A stretch of 64,000 bases of DNA from Candidatus Binatia bacterium. Its GTDB lineage: Bacteria > Desulfobacterota > Binatia > Bin18. The notes beneath the pieces are model-generated. The model was not told the DNA's origin. It saw only the letters and a list, made by a program, of their open reading frames with translations, and did no database searches. The DNA lies in assembly GCA_963666315.2 (NCBI GenBank), contig CAXXHG010000027.1, forward strand, positions 1 through 64,000, in the 5' to 3' direction. Both the position numbers and the translations under genes were made by a program. Below, piece by piece: positions 21,080 to 30,970 of the stretch. How positions within the stretch are numbered: position 1 is the first letter of the stretch; every line of letters begins with the position of its first letter.

Positions 21080-22204
21080 TTACGCAGCCGCAGCGGCCGG
21101 CGCTGGCATACTGAGCGGTTCGGGTTCCGCCAATGGAGTAGTGTCCCACTTTTTGAGTTCCGGCAGGACGTGTTTGGCAAAGCACTTCAGGCTGCCCTCG
21201 GCCTCGTCATACGGCATACCCGCGTAGCTGAAGTTGCCCATGATAGCTTTCATATCGATCGTATCGCGCATGAATTCGATCTTCCTCAGCACCTGGTCGG
21301 GAGTACCCCACGGCATGAGTTTGACGAAGTCTTTGGCTGCGCCATCCATGCCGTGTTTTTCAATATATTTCCCTACATTGCTGTAGAATTCATAGCCCTT
21401 ATGCGAGCCAAAATTCTTGCCTGTCATCTCATAGTGCTTCATGGCGGTATGATAGTAGGCGCCGATCCATTTATAGGCGTTCTCTTCGGCCCGCTTGGCA
21501 TTTTCACCCACATAGAAGAAACCACCACAGAACGGCTGGGGAGGTTTTGTACCCGGCCGCTCCTCTTCCCAGACCTTGTGGTAGATCTCGAAGTCGCCTT
21601 TGACGACATCCCAAGGTTTCTGCGGGATGACCAGTAGGCCGATGCCGAGCTTAGCCATGATCGGCATGGACTCCGGAGAGACGGCGGCGGCATAGGTGCG
21701 ACCCTTAAAAGAGTAGGCAGGATAGGGGCGAATATCGCGGCGGGGCTGCTGAGTCGTCAGGCCGCCCTCGATATAGCCTTTCTCCAGGCCGTTAATAAGG
21801 AGTTCGGCGTATTCAACAAAGCGTTCGCGACCTTCGTTCTGATCGATCCGGAACCCGTCATACTCAACCCGCGCCAGACCACGACCGAAACCCAGAATCA
21901 TACGACCACCCGACACATGGTCGAGCAGCGAAATCTGTTCGGCTACCCGAATAGGATCATGCCAGGGGAGAACGATGACCATGGTTCCCAGCTTGGCCGT
22001 CTTGGTTCTGCCGGCCATATAGGACAGAAACTGCACAGCGTCGGGGCACATGGTGTAATCGGTGAAGTGATGTTCAATAGACCAAATCGAGTCGAAACCC
22101 AGGGGCTCGGCCATCTCGGCCATCCGAAGTTCCTCACGATAGACTTCGGCATCAGAGCGTACATTGCCTGGATTTTGAAACACTGGAGCATAACCAACGT
22201 GCAT
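21080..22204 (-). CDS. LLM-class flavin-dependent oxidoreductase
   Basis: GFDSIWSIEHHF, LPWHDPIRVAEQ. Confidence 0.92.
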   Translation of the reverse strand: MHVGYAPVFQNPGNVRSDAEVYREELRMAEMAEPLGFDSIWSIEHHFTDYTMCPDAVQFLSYMAGRTKTAKLGTMVIVLPWHDPIRVAEQISLLDHVSGGRMILGFGRGLARVEYDGFRIDQNEGRERFVEYAELLINGLEKGYIEGGLTTQQPRRDIRPYPAYSFKGRTYAAAVSPESMPIMAKLGIGLLVIPQKPWDVVKGDFEIYHKVWEEERPGTKPPQPFCGGFFYVGENAKRAEENAYKWIGAYYHTAMKHYEMTGKNFGSHKGYEFYSNVGKYIEKHGMDGAAKDFVKLMPWGTPDQVLRKIEFMRDTIDMKAIMGNFSYAGMPYDEAEGSLKCFAKHVLPELKKWDTTPLAEPEPLSMPAPAAAAA

Positions 22205-22314
22205 ATTACCCTCCTTGCACAAGGCTTAATGATGAATTGTCAGGCTCATAGTATAGGCGAGCCTGTTCCGTTCGCCTAGTCCCATGTCGGGCCATGTCGG
22301 GCTGGAAAGCAGGC

Positions 22315-23076
22315 TTACGCTGCAACAATGCCGCCATCTACGGACATCGGATGGCCGGTCACAAATGACGCCGCGTCCGAACACAACCACACCACGGCTG
22401 CGGCAATCTCCTCGGGTTTGCCCAACCGGCCGGTTGGCGACACAGCGGATAATGGATCAACCAGCTGGGGTTTGCCCTCAACGCCGCGCTCAAACATGGG
22501 CGTGTTGATAATGCCGGGACACACTGCGTTTACCCGAATATTGGCTTTGGCGTATTCCAGGGCTGCCGTCTTCGTAAGTCCGACCACGCCATGTTTGGCG
22601 GCAACATAAGCTGGACCACCGCGCATACCGACTAAGCCTGCGGCTGAGGCGGTGTTCACAATGGCACCGCCGCCCTGCTGGAGCATGTGATCAATTTCGT
22701 ATTTGAGGCACAGCCAGACGCCAGTCAGATTAATCGCGATCACCCGGTCCCACTCTTCTTTGGTGTATTTTTCGGTTTTGGCAAAAGCGCCTTCGATGCC
22801 CGCATTATTAAACGCACAGTCCAACCGGCCGTAGGTCCTAACTGTGTGTTTGACCATGGCTTGCACGTCGGCTTCTTGGGCAATATCCGTTTTGACAAAA
22901 CTCGCCTCACCGCCAGCGTCTTTAATGAACTGAACCGTCTCGACACCACCTTGTTCAACAATGTCAGACACCATGACCTTCGCGCCCTCTCGCGCCAGTG
23001 CGAGCGAGGTGGCGCGTCCGATGCCTGATCCACCACCTGTGACTAAAGCGATCTTTCCGTCTACTTGTCCTGCCAT
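22315..23076 (-). CDS. SDR family oxidoreductase
   Basis: TGGGSGIG, NNAG, YVAAK. Confidence 0.95.
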   Translation of the reverse strand: MAGQVDGKIALVTGGGSGIGRATSLALAREGAKVMVSDIVEQGGVETVQFIKDAGGEASFVKTDIAQEADVQAMVKHTVRTYGRLDCAFNNAGIEGAFAKTEKYTKEEWDRVIAINLTGVWLCLKYEIDHMLQQGGGAIVNTASAAGLVGMRGGPAYVAAKHGVVGLTKTAALEYAKANIRVNAVCPGIINTPMFERGVEGKPQLVDPLSAVSPTGRLGKPEEIAAAVVWLCSDAASFVTGHPMSVDGGIVAA

Positions 23077-23125
23077 GCGGCTGCTCCTTTTTTATGTTGT
23101 CTCCTGCTATGTGCGCGACTCGTCT

Positions 23126-23554
23126 TCATGTGACTACCGTCAGCCCGAGTCTTTTAAAATCCCGATCAAAACTCAAGCACGGAATATTCTCCAGCAAAAC
23201 TGTGACAACGACAAACGACAGTGCGTCGCAAAACGATGATTTTTTATCTGTGCCCAATTGTCTGAAAACCTCCTCTGCCTGGCTCTGAATGGAACCGTCA
23301 TAAAGGACGAGACGCAGGGTGGGCTTGACGTGGTCGAGAAACTGTATGGCTCGTTCGTAGCTGCTGCGGTAACGCAGCAGCGTTGCTGTTTCGCTAACAA
23401 TATCCCAAGTACTGTAGAAAACGATATTCTCGGCAACGGATTCTTCTACGAGGCTGCACGCACGTCCATGGTGCGCATCGTTTGAGTCTAAACAAGCATA
23501 GAAGAAAGAGGTGTCACAGAAGACGTACGGTATCCCACCTCCTCGAAGAGTCAT
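23126..23554 (-). CDS. VapC/PIN toxin
   Basis: FCDTSFF..SFCDALSF..SFDRDF. Confidence 0.88.
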   Translation of the reverse strand: MTLRGGGIPYVFCDTSFFYACLDSNDAHHGRACSLVEESVAENIVFYSTWDIVSETATLLRYRSSYERAIQFLDHVKPTLRLVLYDGSIQSQAEEVFRQLGTDKKSSFCDALSFVVVTVLLENIPCLSFDRDFKRLGLTVVT

Positions 23555-23823
23555 CTTTTGGACTCATGCGGATTCGGATAGCGGTGCGCCTTGACGTCCG
23601 CTGAAATCTTTCTCTTTTGACGAGATTTGGACTTCGGCAATTGAGCGGTAATTGCGAGGAGGCTGCTTGCTGCCTCCCCACCCTGGGGAAGCTGGGCTGG
23701 GGCCTTGAGTTCCGCGACGACTTCTTGGCGGACGGTAATTTCGTATGTCAAGCTCGGATTGTGTTTCAATTGCTTCACCAACTGGGAAAGCTTAGCCCGA
23801 ACCTGACTAATTGGAATTTGCAT
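23551..23823 (-). CDS. Phd/YefM-like antitoxin
   Basis: ISQVRAKLSQLV..EIT..VVAEL; 4-bp overlap with toxin. Confidence 0.8.
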   Translation of the reverse strand: MQIPISQVRAKLSQLVKQLKHNPSLTYEITVRQEVVAELKAPAQLPQGGEAASSLLAITAQLPKSKSRQKRKISADVKAHRYPNPHESKR

Positions 23824-24219
23824 GGTGCAGTCCTCAGTGAAAAGTACATTTAGTACAAAATATACTTTTCAGAGCAATCTGTTGCAAGCGTGCGGAGATT
23901 CTGATCCGGCCCGTTTGAAACATTTGAAAAGTAGATTAGGGCTAATCCTACCCCGGCGCTACGCGCCACCCCTCCAAGGAGGGGAGATTAGAAGTATTCG
24001 CACCCCCCATAGTAGATCGGGTTAGCGGAGCCTAACCCGATCCCGGCGTCTCATCAGCCTTTGGCAACCTCTCTCATCCACTTTGCATCATGGGTTTATC
24101 CTGTCGCGGAGAAAATGCTTGTCTGGAAACTTTTGCCCTGCTGGTATTGTTTGATTGGGTAAGCGTTCTTGATAGTGATCTGGGACACGATTACGCCAGC
24201 AGGAGAGAGAGGAAGAGTC

Positions 24220-24470
24220 ATGAAAACGTCAGTGTAGATGATAACCCTTGCAACGCTGGTGTTCGTGCAGCCGGGTCATGCCGCAGACCTGACAACGTTC
24301 ATTGTCAAACCCGGCGTCGGCAATAATACCTTTACCGCTGTGTTTGATGCCGTCATTGGTGAACGGATCACGGCGATCAGTTCGGCCGTCGGCTGTACCT
24401 TCGCTGTGGATGAGGAAAAGCTGGAGGGAAAAGGCAGCTGTTCAGTCGCTCTGACTTCGATTCTGGTTGA
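24220..24470 (+). pseudogene. 5' stub of a secreted YceI-like protein (TAG within signal peptide)
   Basis: MKTSV*MITLATLVFVQPGHAA..FTAVFDA..GERI..CSVALTSILVD, then junction into antisense P450 DNA. Confidence 0.5.
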
Positions 24471-24845
24471 CGGTGATCTCGTTGCCGGCGACCAAGAGCA
24501 AGACGGCCATGGCCAGGATCTCGTCTGCCGATAACACCTGGTCCTCGTCCTCAGCCTGGACAATATGCGTAAGCAGGTCATCTTTGGGGTCCTTGTATCG
24601 CTGGGCGATGGCTTCTTGCAGGCAGGCTCGCATCTCGGCGTTGCTGCGCTGAATCTGCATCCGGACTGCTTCGTCCGTGGGGCGCGAGGATGTAAGGACC
24701 ATATCTTTTGACCAGCGATTGAAGTCCTCTAGGTATTCCGACTCGACTCCCAACAGCTCAGCAATCACGGTCATGGGCAGTGGGGTTGAGAAATCCCGAA
24801 CAAGGTCAAAGGTGTCCCGCGTACGAAGAGCAGCCAGCAGCTGCG
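24470..24845 (-). pseudogene. Internal cytochrome P450 fragment
   Basis: [35 protein letters not shown]; lacks N-terminus and heme Cys. Confidence 0.85.
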
Positions 24846-24999
24846 GCAATGGTCTCATGCGCAGACTAGCGGGTGGCTCTGCCGAGGACTCTGCCCTGCG
24901 CACTGCCGAGGGCACGATTTGACTCACTCGGTGGTATTTCTTAAGCTACCCTGGCTATTACTGAAGAAAATTACGTCTGACGAAGGAGGGAGCAGCAGC

Positions 25000-26211
25000 A
25001 TGGATTTTGATTTTTCTCCAAAAGTGAAAGACCTGCAGAAAAAGGTCTCCCAATTCATGGACGAGCATGTCTATCCCAACGAGGTCACCTTTGAAGAGCA
25101 ACTCAACGCTGGGTCTGATCGCTGGCAGATCCCACCGATTCTCGAAGAATTAAAAGACAAGGCCAAGAGTGCCAGCTTGTGGAATCTATTCCTGCCCGAG
25201 AGTGATTATGGCTACGGGTTGACCAACCTCGAATATGCGCCGCTGTCTGAAATCATGGGGCATGTGCACTGGGGCTCAGAGGTCTTTAACTGCTCTGCCC
25301 CGGATACGGGCAATATGGAAGTGCTCTCCCGCTACGGCACGCCGGAGCAGCAAAAGGAATGGCTCGAACCCCTGCTCGCAGGCAAAATCCGCTCCTGTTT
25401 CGCCATGACCGAGCCGGCTGTGGCTTCTTCTGATGCGACCAATATTGAATCCAGCATCGTGCGTGACGGTGACGAGTACGTGATTAACGGTCGCAAATGG
25501 TGGTCGTCGGGCATGGGCGATCCGCGCTGCAAAATCCTCATCTTCATGGGCAAGACCGATCCCGATAACCCGAATCGGCATCTACAGCAGTCTCAAATCT
25601 TAATCCCTCGGGATACCCCGGGGGTCAAGGTGCTGCGCATGTTGTCGGTGTTTGGCTACGACGACGCGCCGCACGGTCATGCCGATGTGGAGTTTAAAGA
25701 GGTTCGCGTGCCTGCCTCGAATATCATTCTGGGAGAAGGCCGGGGATTTGAGATTGCACAAGGCCGGCTTGGCCCCGGACGTATTCATCACTGCATGCGG
25801 CTTGTTGGCCAGGCCGAACGCGCGCTGGAAAAAATGTGTAGGCGGGCCAAATCTCGCACCGCGTTTGGAAAACTCTTATCGGAGAGAACCGTAACGCTGG
25901 AGCGTATTGCCGAAGCGCGGATTATGATTGAGCAAGCGCGCCTCCTCACGCTTAAGGCCGCCTATTTGATGGATACGGTTGGCAATAAGGCTGCCCGCAC
26001 GGAGATTGCCATGATTAAAGTCGCAGCGCCGAATATGGCCCTTCAGGTCATAGACTGGGCCATGCAGGTGCACGGCGGCGGTGCGGTAGCCGAAGAGTTT
26101 GGTCTTGCTCGGGCGTATGCTTCCGCCCGCACGCTACGTTTTGCCGACGGACCGGACGAAGTCCATCGCAACCAGATTGGCCGGTTGGAGCTGCGCAAAT
26201 ACGACGATTAA
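25000..26211 (+). CDS. Acyl-CoA dehydrogenase (ACAD10/11-like)
   Basis: [35 protein letters not shown]. Confidence 0.95.
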   Translation: MDFDFSPKVKDLQKKVSQFMDEHVYPNEVTFEEQLNAGSDRWQIPPILEELKDKAKSASLWNLFLPESDYGYGLTNLEYAPLSEIMGHVHWGSEVFNCSAPDTGNMEVLSRYGTPEQQKEWLEPLLAGKIRSCFAMTEPAVASSDATNIESSIVRDGDEYVINGRKWWSSGMGDPRCKILIFMGKTDPDNPNRHLQQSQILIPRDTPGVKVLRMLSVFGYDDAPHGHADVEFKEVRVPASNIILGEGRGFEIAQGRLGPGRIHHCMRLVGQAERALEKMCRRAKSRTAFGKLLSERTVTLERIAEARIMIEQARLLTLKAAYLMDTVGNKAARTEIAMIKVAAPNMALQVIDWAMQVHGGGAVAEEFGLARAYASARTLRFADGPDEVHRNQIGRLELRKYDD

Positions 26212-26220
26212 GACGACTAA

Positions 26221-26285
26221 GTAGGGGCGCACCCATGTGTACGCCCTTTTCTTGATTAGGGCAGACACATAGATCTGCCTCTACA
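26221..26285. repeat. Pair of GTAG-type REP palindromes
   Basis: gtaggggcgcacccatgtgtacgccct ... agggcagacacatagatctgcctctac; relatives near 18594, 21013, 38295, 45016. Confidence 0.65.
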
Positions 26286-26324
26286 AGTATTCCCATCCTG
26301 ATTCACGGCAGACAGGAGACGCCT

Positions 26325-27377
26325 ATGGAATTTGGTTTACATTACCAGTTGCCTTGTCGGGATACCCAATCGCCGGTTCAGCGCTATCGGGACACGCTCG
26401 ATCAGGCGATTCACGCTGAAACGCTGGGGTTTGAGTCTGTGTGGCCGGTAGAGCAGCACTTTAACCCTGAGCTTTCCATCCTGCCTTCCCCTTTACTGCT
26501 GCTAGCGGCTCTCGCCGAGCGGACCCGGACGCTCCGGCTTGGCATTGCCATTGTCCTGCTGCCTCTCTCCCATCCCATCCGCATCGCAGAAGAGATTGCG
26601 ACCTTGGACGTACTCAGTAACGGCCGAGTGGAGTTCGGTATTGGGCGCGGGTCTATCCCGACCCACTTCAGTGGTTTTGGCGTGGACCAGTCCGAAAGCC
26701 GGGAGCGGATGCTCGAAGCTGTGGAGATAATTCGCCAGGCGTGGACCACTGAGCGGTTTTCATTCCAGGGACAGTTTTTTAGTGTTGAGAACATCTCCGT
26801 CGTACCCAAACCGGTCCAACAGCCCCATCCCCCTATCCGGGCTGCAGCCAATAGCCCCGAGACCTTTAAGCTGATGGGGCGTCTGGGCTATCCCATTTTT
26901 GTGGCCTCACAGGTGAATCCGTTTACCAAAATGAAAGAGTATATCCCGCTCTACCGCGAGGCCCGAACTGCGGCCGGACATCCGGACCGTGGGAGTGAGG
27001 ATGTGACCCTGCTCGGCCCGTTGTATGTGGGTGCGAGCCAGGCCCAAATCCGGCAGGAATTAGAGCCCAGTATGCGCCGTTTTCTGGAGTCTGTTGCCGC
27101 TCTTGCCGCGCTCCATGGGCCGGCGTTGGGCGCCCAGTCCAGCCGTATCAAAGAAGTCTTCGAACGGGTGCGACGCCTGAACTACGAGAAGGTCAGCGAG
27201 GTCATGGCTATCTTTGATACGCCAGACGCCTGTGTGGAGCGACTCAAACGCCTGGAAGAGGAATTCCGCATGGGACGCTTTGTGTGTTGGTTTAACCCTG
27301 GTGGCATGGTGCCGCACTCACAGGTCATGCGCAGCATGGAGTTGTTTGCAGCGAAAGTGATGCCGTACTTCCGGTAA
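26325..27377 (+). CDS. LLM-class flavin-dependent oxidoreductase
   Basis: GFESVWPVEQHF, IAEEIATLDVLSNGR. Confidence 0.92.
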   Translation: MEFGLHYQLPCRDTQSPVQRYRDTLDQAIHAETLGFESVWPVEQHFNPELSILPSPLLLLAALAERTRTLRLGIAIVLLPLSHPIRIAEEIATLDVLSNGRVEFGIGRGSIPTHFSGFGVDQSESRERMLEAVEIIRQAWTTERFSFQGQFFSVENISVVPKPVQQPHPPIRAAANSPETFKLMGRLGYPIFVASQVNPFTKMKEYIPLYREARTAAGHPDRGSEDVTLLGPLYVGASQAQIRQELEPSMRRFLESVAALAALHGPALGAQSSRIKEVFERVRRLNYEKVSEVMAIFDTPDACVERLKRLEEEFRMGRFVCWFNPGGMVPHSQVMRSMELFAAKVMPYFR

Positions 27378-27433
27378 CGATTCAGCGCTGGCTGAAGAGA
27401 CACAAAAGACGATTAACGACGAAGCAAAACGCT

Positions 27434-28159
27434 GTGGATTATAAACAAGAATTTCTCGATTTGTTGCTGAAGAAGAACGGGTTGAAAATTGCCGCCGACG
27501 CCGACTCCTTCTTCCAATTAAAAAGCGGTCGCGCTAGTCCGAGTTTTGTGTCGCTGGGTTCCCTGACCGACGGGGACAGTCTGCTGACCTTAAAGAAATG
27601 TTATAGCCAGGCAGCCATGGAAGGCGTCCAGCAGGGCATCCTCAAGGACTTTCAGTACGTTTTTGGTCCGGCCTATAAAGGCATTATTCTCGGAGCGCTA
27701 ACGTGTGAAGGACTCCAGGAGTATAGCAATAAATCTACTTTTTTCCTGTACGATCGGAAAGAAGAGAAGACCCACGGAGAGGTGACGCAGGGCGACGCCG
27801 CCGGGAAAGTCATTGTCGGCACGGAGAGTTTCGTGCAGTCGAGTGCCATCCTGCTTGTCGACGATGTGGTCACAACAGGCAAAGCCAAGTATGAGGCCCT
27901 GGAAAAAATCCGGCTGCTCGGAAAACACGACATCGCCGGCATGGTTGTGGCCGTGGATCGACAAGAATTAATGGGTGATGCACACGATGTGAGTAAGCTG
28001 AGTGCCATCCAAGCACTCGAACAAGAGCTGGGAATCAAAACGTTTGCCATTCTGACTATGCAAGAGATATTCAGCCGGGTGAAAGACACACTCTCTCAGG
28101 ACGTCCGGCGGGCCTGGGTCGCCTACTATGAGCGTTACGGTGCCGTCCGGATAGAGTGA
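27434..28159 (+). CDS. pyrE: Orotate phosphoribosyltransferase
   Basis: LKSGRASP, FGPAYKGI, DRKEEKTHGE, LVDDVVTTG. Confidence 0.88.
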   Translation: MDYKQEFLDLLLKKNGLKIAADADSFFQLKSGRASPSFVSLGSLTDGDSLLTLKKCYSQAAMEGVQQGILKDFQYVFGPAYKGIILGALTCEGLQEYSNKSTFFLYDRKEEKTHGEVTQGDAAGKVIVGTESFVQSSAILLVDDVVTTGKAKYEALEKIRLLGKHDIAGMVVAVDRQELMGDAHDVSKLSAIQALEQELGIKTFAILTMQEIFSRVKDTLSQDVRRAWVAYYERYGAVRIE

Positions 28160-28192
28160 GAGCATCCTGCACCCTAAGACAGTCTCATGTAG

Positions 28193-28690
28193 TTGAGCGG
28201 ACACGACAATTCAAAGCGGTCTAGGGTTCTTGCGGTGCTGATACTCTATTTTCCATTTCTGCTACTAGTACTAGTGTTTTTGCTCACTATCGCCCTCAGA
28301 TATCGACGGCCTGCTTGGTCACGTTCTCTCTACCGCGGGTTACTCGTTCTGTCGATACTGCCGTATGGTCTCCACGTGACGAACAACGTTATGTACACCA
28401 CTAGGTCGCTGAGCATGTCACCCGGAACATACCAAGGCATGTTTGCGTACGTGGTGGCGAGTTGTCTCACTATACTGTCGCTGCTTGTCGTAACGATGGT
28501 CCTTGTCCGACGAGTGCCACTTGCTACGTCGTTGCTACCGGCCTGTACTTGGCTCTTATACTGGTATGGCTGTCTGCCTATCATTTATCGAGAGCTCGAA
28601 GGGATATGACATTTGGACAATGTTCCGAACGTCTGGCTCTTTGTATCGAGCGCCTTCTCCGTTGTCCTCTTGGCCGGTACGGCCCCCTTG
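28193..28690 (+). pseudogene. Membrane protein, interrupted near 28607 and truncated
   Basis: Four hydrophobic segments; reading continues HLDNVPNVWLFVSS after the stop, then junction. Confidence 0.4.
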
Positions 28691-28963
28691 GGTGCCGGCT
28701 TGTGTCTGGACCTGATACCAGCTGTTGCCTTTTCCTAAGACGTGGACAACGTGGCCCTCTTTAACGACAGCCAGGATGGTGCCTTGCAGAGAAGGGGAGG
28801 CGCGCAAGTTCGCATTCTTCGCTATAACAGCCGAAGAGGGGAATTCCTCTGACTGGGCAAAGCTCGCCGCCAAGCTAACCGCAAAACTTACAGATGGATG
28901 AACAAGGCCGTCCATCCCCCACATCAACACTGGAAATATAAAAAACCCCGCGCGTAGGGTCAT
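28690..28963 (-). pseudogene. Truncated secreted SH3b-domain protein
   Basis: NANLRASPS..ILAVVKEG..VLGKGNSWYQVQTQAGTQG, cut before the final strand. Confidence 0.7.
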
Positions 28964-29159
28964 TATTCCTGTACGGATCTCATTAAGTTAATCGAACCAC
29001 GACTTCATATGTAGACTTTTATGACAGCACAAGGGCGGCGCTGCATGATTGGTTGCACGGCGTGTAAGGCGGGTTCTTGTTGGGGTGGGGGGACGAGGCA
29101 ACCTCGTCCCGACAGTTGTTGTGACTCGGGCCTATAAATCACTGCGCGAACGCGGCGCT

Positions 29160-30947
29160 TCACTGCGCGATTACACGGCGCTGCTGGGTTGCGTCTTCAT
29201 CAACCGTCATTGTCTGAGGGTTGATAACCACGCCGTAGTCTTTTTCCGCCATCTTTACCGTAATGAAGTCGTCGAGCACATCGTCTAAAACGAGCTGGGG
29301 ATCGCGCTCAAACGGATTGCCGTAGGCTCCACTGTTTGCGGTCTTAATCTGGATCAGCTCGTTTGCCTGCATGGGATAGCCGGTGACTTTACTATACAAC
29401 GACTCTTCACCCTCAACACCTGGATTCTTAATCATCGATGCCCGGCAGCCATCCCCACCGTTGAAGATTCCCTTCGGTGGATCAAAATGTCGCTCTGCCT
29501 CCGATGACAAATAGCCTGGCACGAGAAAACGATTCTCACGTACAATGCCTATCCCGCCGCGCCATTTCCCCGGCGCAATCGGCTCATCACGCAGCTCGTA
29601 GCGCTCGTTGCGCAGAGGAAAACGCATATCCAGCTCTTCGACCGGATTATTTCGCGTATTCTCAATCAAGCAAGCTATGGAGTCGAGGCCGTCTTTGCCC
29701 AAACGGCCGCCCCAATTGCCTTCGTTGACTTCCAGATACACCCAGTACTGTCCTTTCTCTTCAAGAAAGCCGCTATAGCTCAGGAAATGAACATGCGCGG
29801 CATTGCCGGCACACACCTTGTCCGGAACCGCCTGGGCAAGGGCAAGGTTCACCCCATCAGCTAGATACTGGACCTGATTAAAACGACTAAAACAGGCGCG
29901 CGGAAAACGCGGATTAAAAATGCTGCCCTCCGGCGCAATGACGGTAATGGGCCGAAAGATGCCTTCGTTTTGCGGCACTGCATCGGGATAGGTGGCTTCA
30001 TCAAGCAGTATACTGCGCACAATGACGTAGGACGCGACCAGCGTGCTGCCCTCAAACGGCACGTTATAGCCCGTTGGGACCTCGGGACTTGAGCCGGTGA
30101 GATCGATGGTCAACTCGCTGCCGTCGACTTTGACCTTGACGCACACGGCAAGCGGCTGATCGCGATTGCGCCCATCGTCGTCGAGATATTGAGTTGGCGC
30201 GACATACTCACCGTCCGGAATTCTCTCGATCTCTTTGCGTAGCATGCGCTCTGAGTAATCCATCAGCTCGTGAGCGGTATCCAGCACAGTGGTCGCACCA
30301 TATTTTTCAATCAGACGCAGAAAGCGTTCTCGTCCGAGCTGACAGGCGGCGATCATGGATTCAATATCGCCCGCATTCATCTCCGGAGTGCGAACATTAT
30401 CGAGAAAGAAATTCCACAGCTCATCATTGCGCACGCCCTTGTTGTACAGCTTAATGCCATTGAACAGTCGGGACTCCGCCCATACATCGACCACATCAAC
30501 ATTGATTCCGGGCGCGGCTCCCCCCATATCGAGCAGATGGGCGGTGACTGCGGCAAAGCCAATGAGTTCGCCTTGCCAGAACACCGGCACAGCGATGCCT
30601 AAATCGGGTGTATGGGATGCGCCCAAATAGGGATGGTTATGAAGAATGACGTCGCCGTCGTTGATCTTGCCTTTGAGCCGTTTCAAGAAGCCGCGAATAT
30701 AGGCGGGCAGCGACCCCACGTGCATGGGCGAGGTATCGCTCTCACAGATTTCGTTGCCCTCAGCGTCATACAGACCCGCCCCAAGGTCTTCAGACTCGCG
30801 GATAATGCTGGAGTAGGACATACGGTAGAGGACGTGCGCCATCTCTTTGGCCGCGGCAGTGAAAGCGCCGCTCAAGACGCGCAGGGTGATCGGGTCCTTT
30901 GAACGGGAGGCGCCGTTGGGTGCTGGGTGTCCGTTTGTTGAGGCCAT
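29160..30947 (-). CDS. Hydantoinase B/oxoprolinase family subunit
   Basis: SSIIRESED, NHPYLGASHTPD, NVRTP. Confidence 0.93.
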   Translation of the reverse strand: MASTNGHPAPNGASRSKDPITLRVLSGAFTAAAKEMAHVLYRMSYSSIIRESEDLGAGLYDAEGNEICESDTSPMHVGSLPAYIRGFLKRLKGKINDGDVILHNHPYLGASHTPDLGIAVPVFWQGELIGFAAVTAHLLDMGGAAPGINVDVVDVWAESRLFNGIKLYNKGVRNDELWNFFLDNVRTPEMNAGDIESMIAACQLGRERFLRLIEKYGATTVLDTAHELMDYSERMLRKEIERIPDGEYVAPTQYLDDDGRNRDQPLAVCVKVKVDGSELTIDLTGSSPEVPTGYNVPFEGSTLVASYVIVRSILLDEATYPDAVPQNEGIFRPITVIAPEGSIFNPRFPRACFSRFNQVQYLADGVNLALAQAVPDKVCAGNAAHVHFLSYSGFLEEKGQYWVYLEVNEGNWGGRLGKDGLDSIACLIENTRNNPVEELDMRFPLRNERYELRDEPIAPGKWRGGIGIVRENRFLVPGYLSSEAERHFDPPKGIFNGGDGCRASMIKNPGVEGEESLYSKVTGYPMQANELIQIKTANSGAYGNPFERDPQLVLDDVLDDFITVKMAEKDYGVVINPQTMTVDEDATQQRRVIAQ

Positions 30948-30970
30948 CCCGTTATCTCCTGTGTCTCACT

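Noticed and set aside
22282-22302. 10-bp tandem duplication ccatgtcggg
   Set aside because: Only two copies in an intergenic gap; no adjacent IS to make it a target-site duplication
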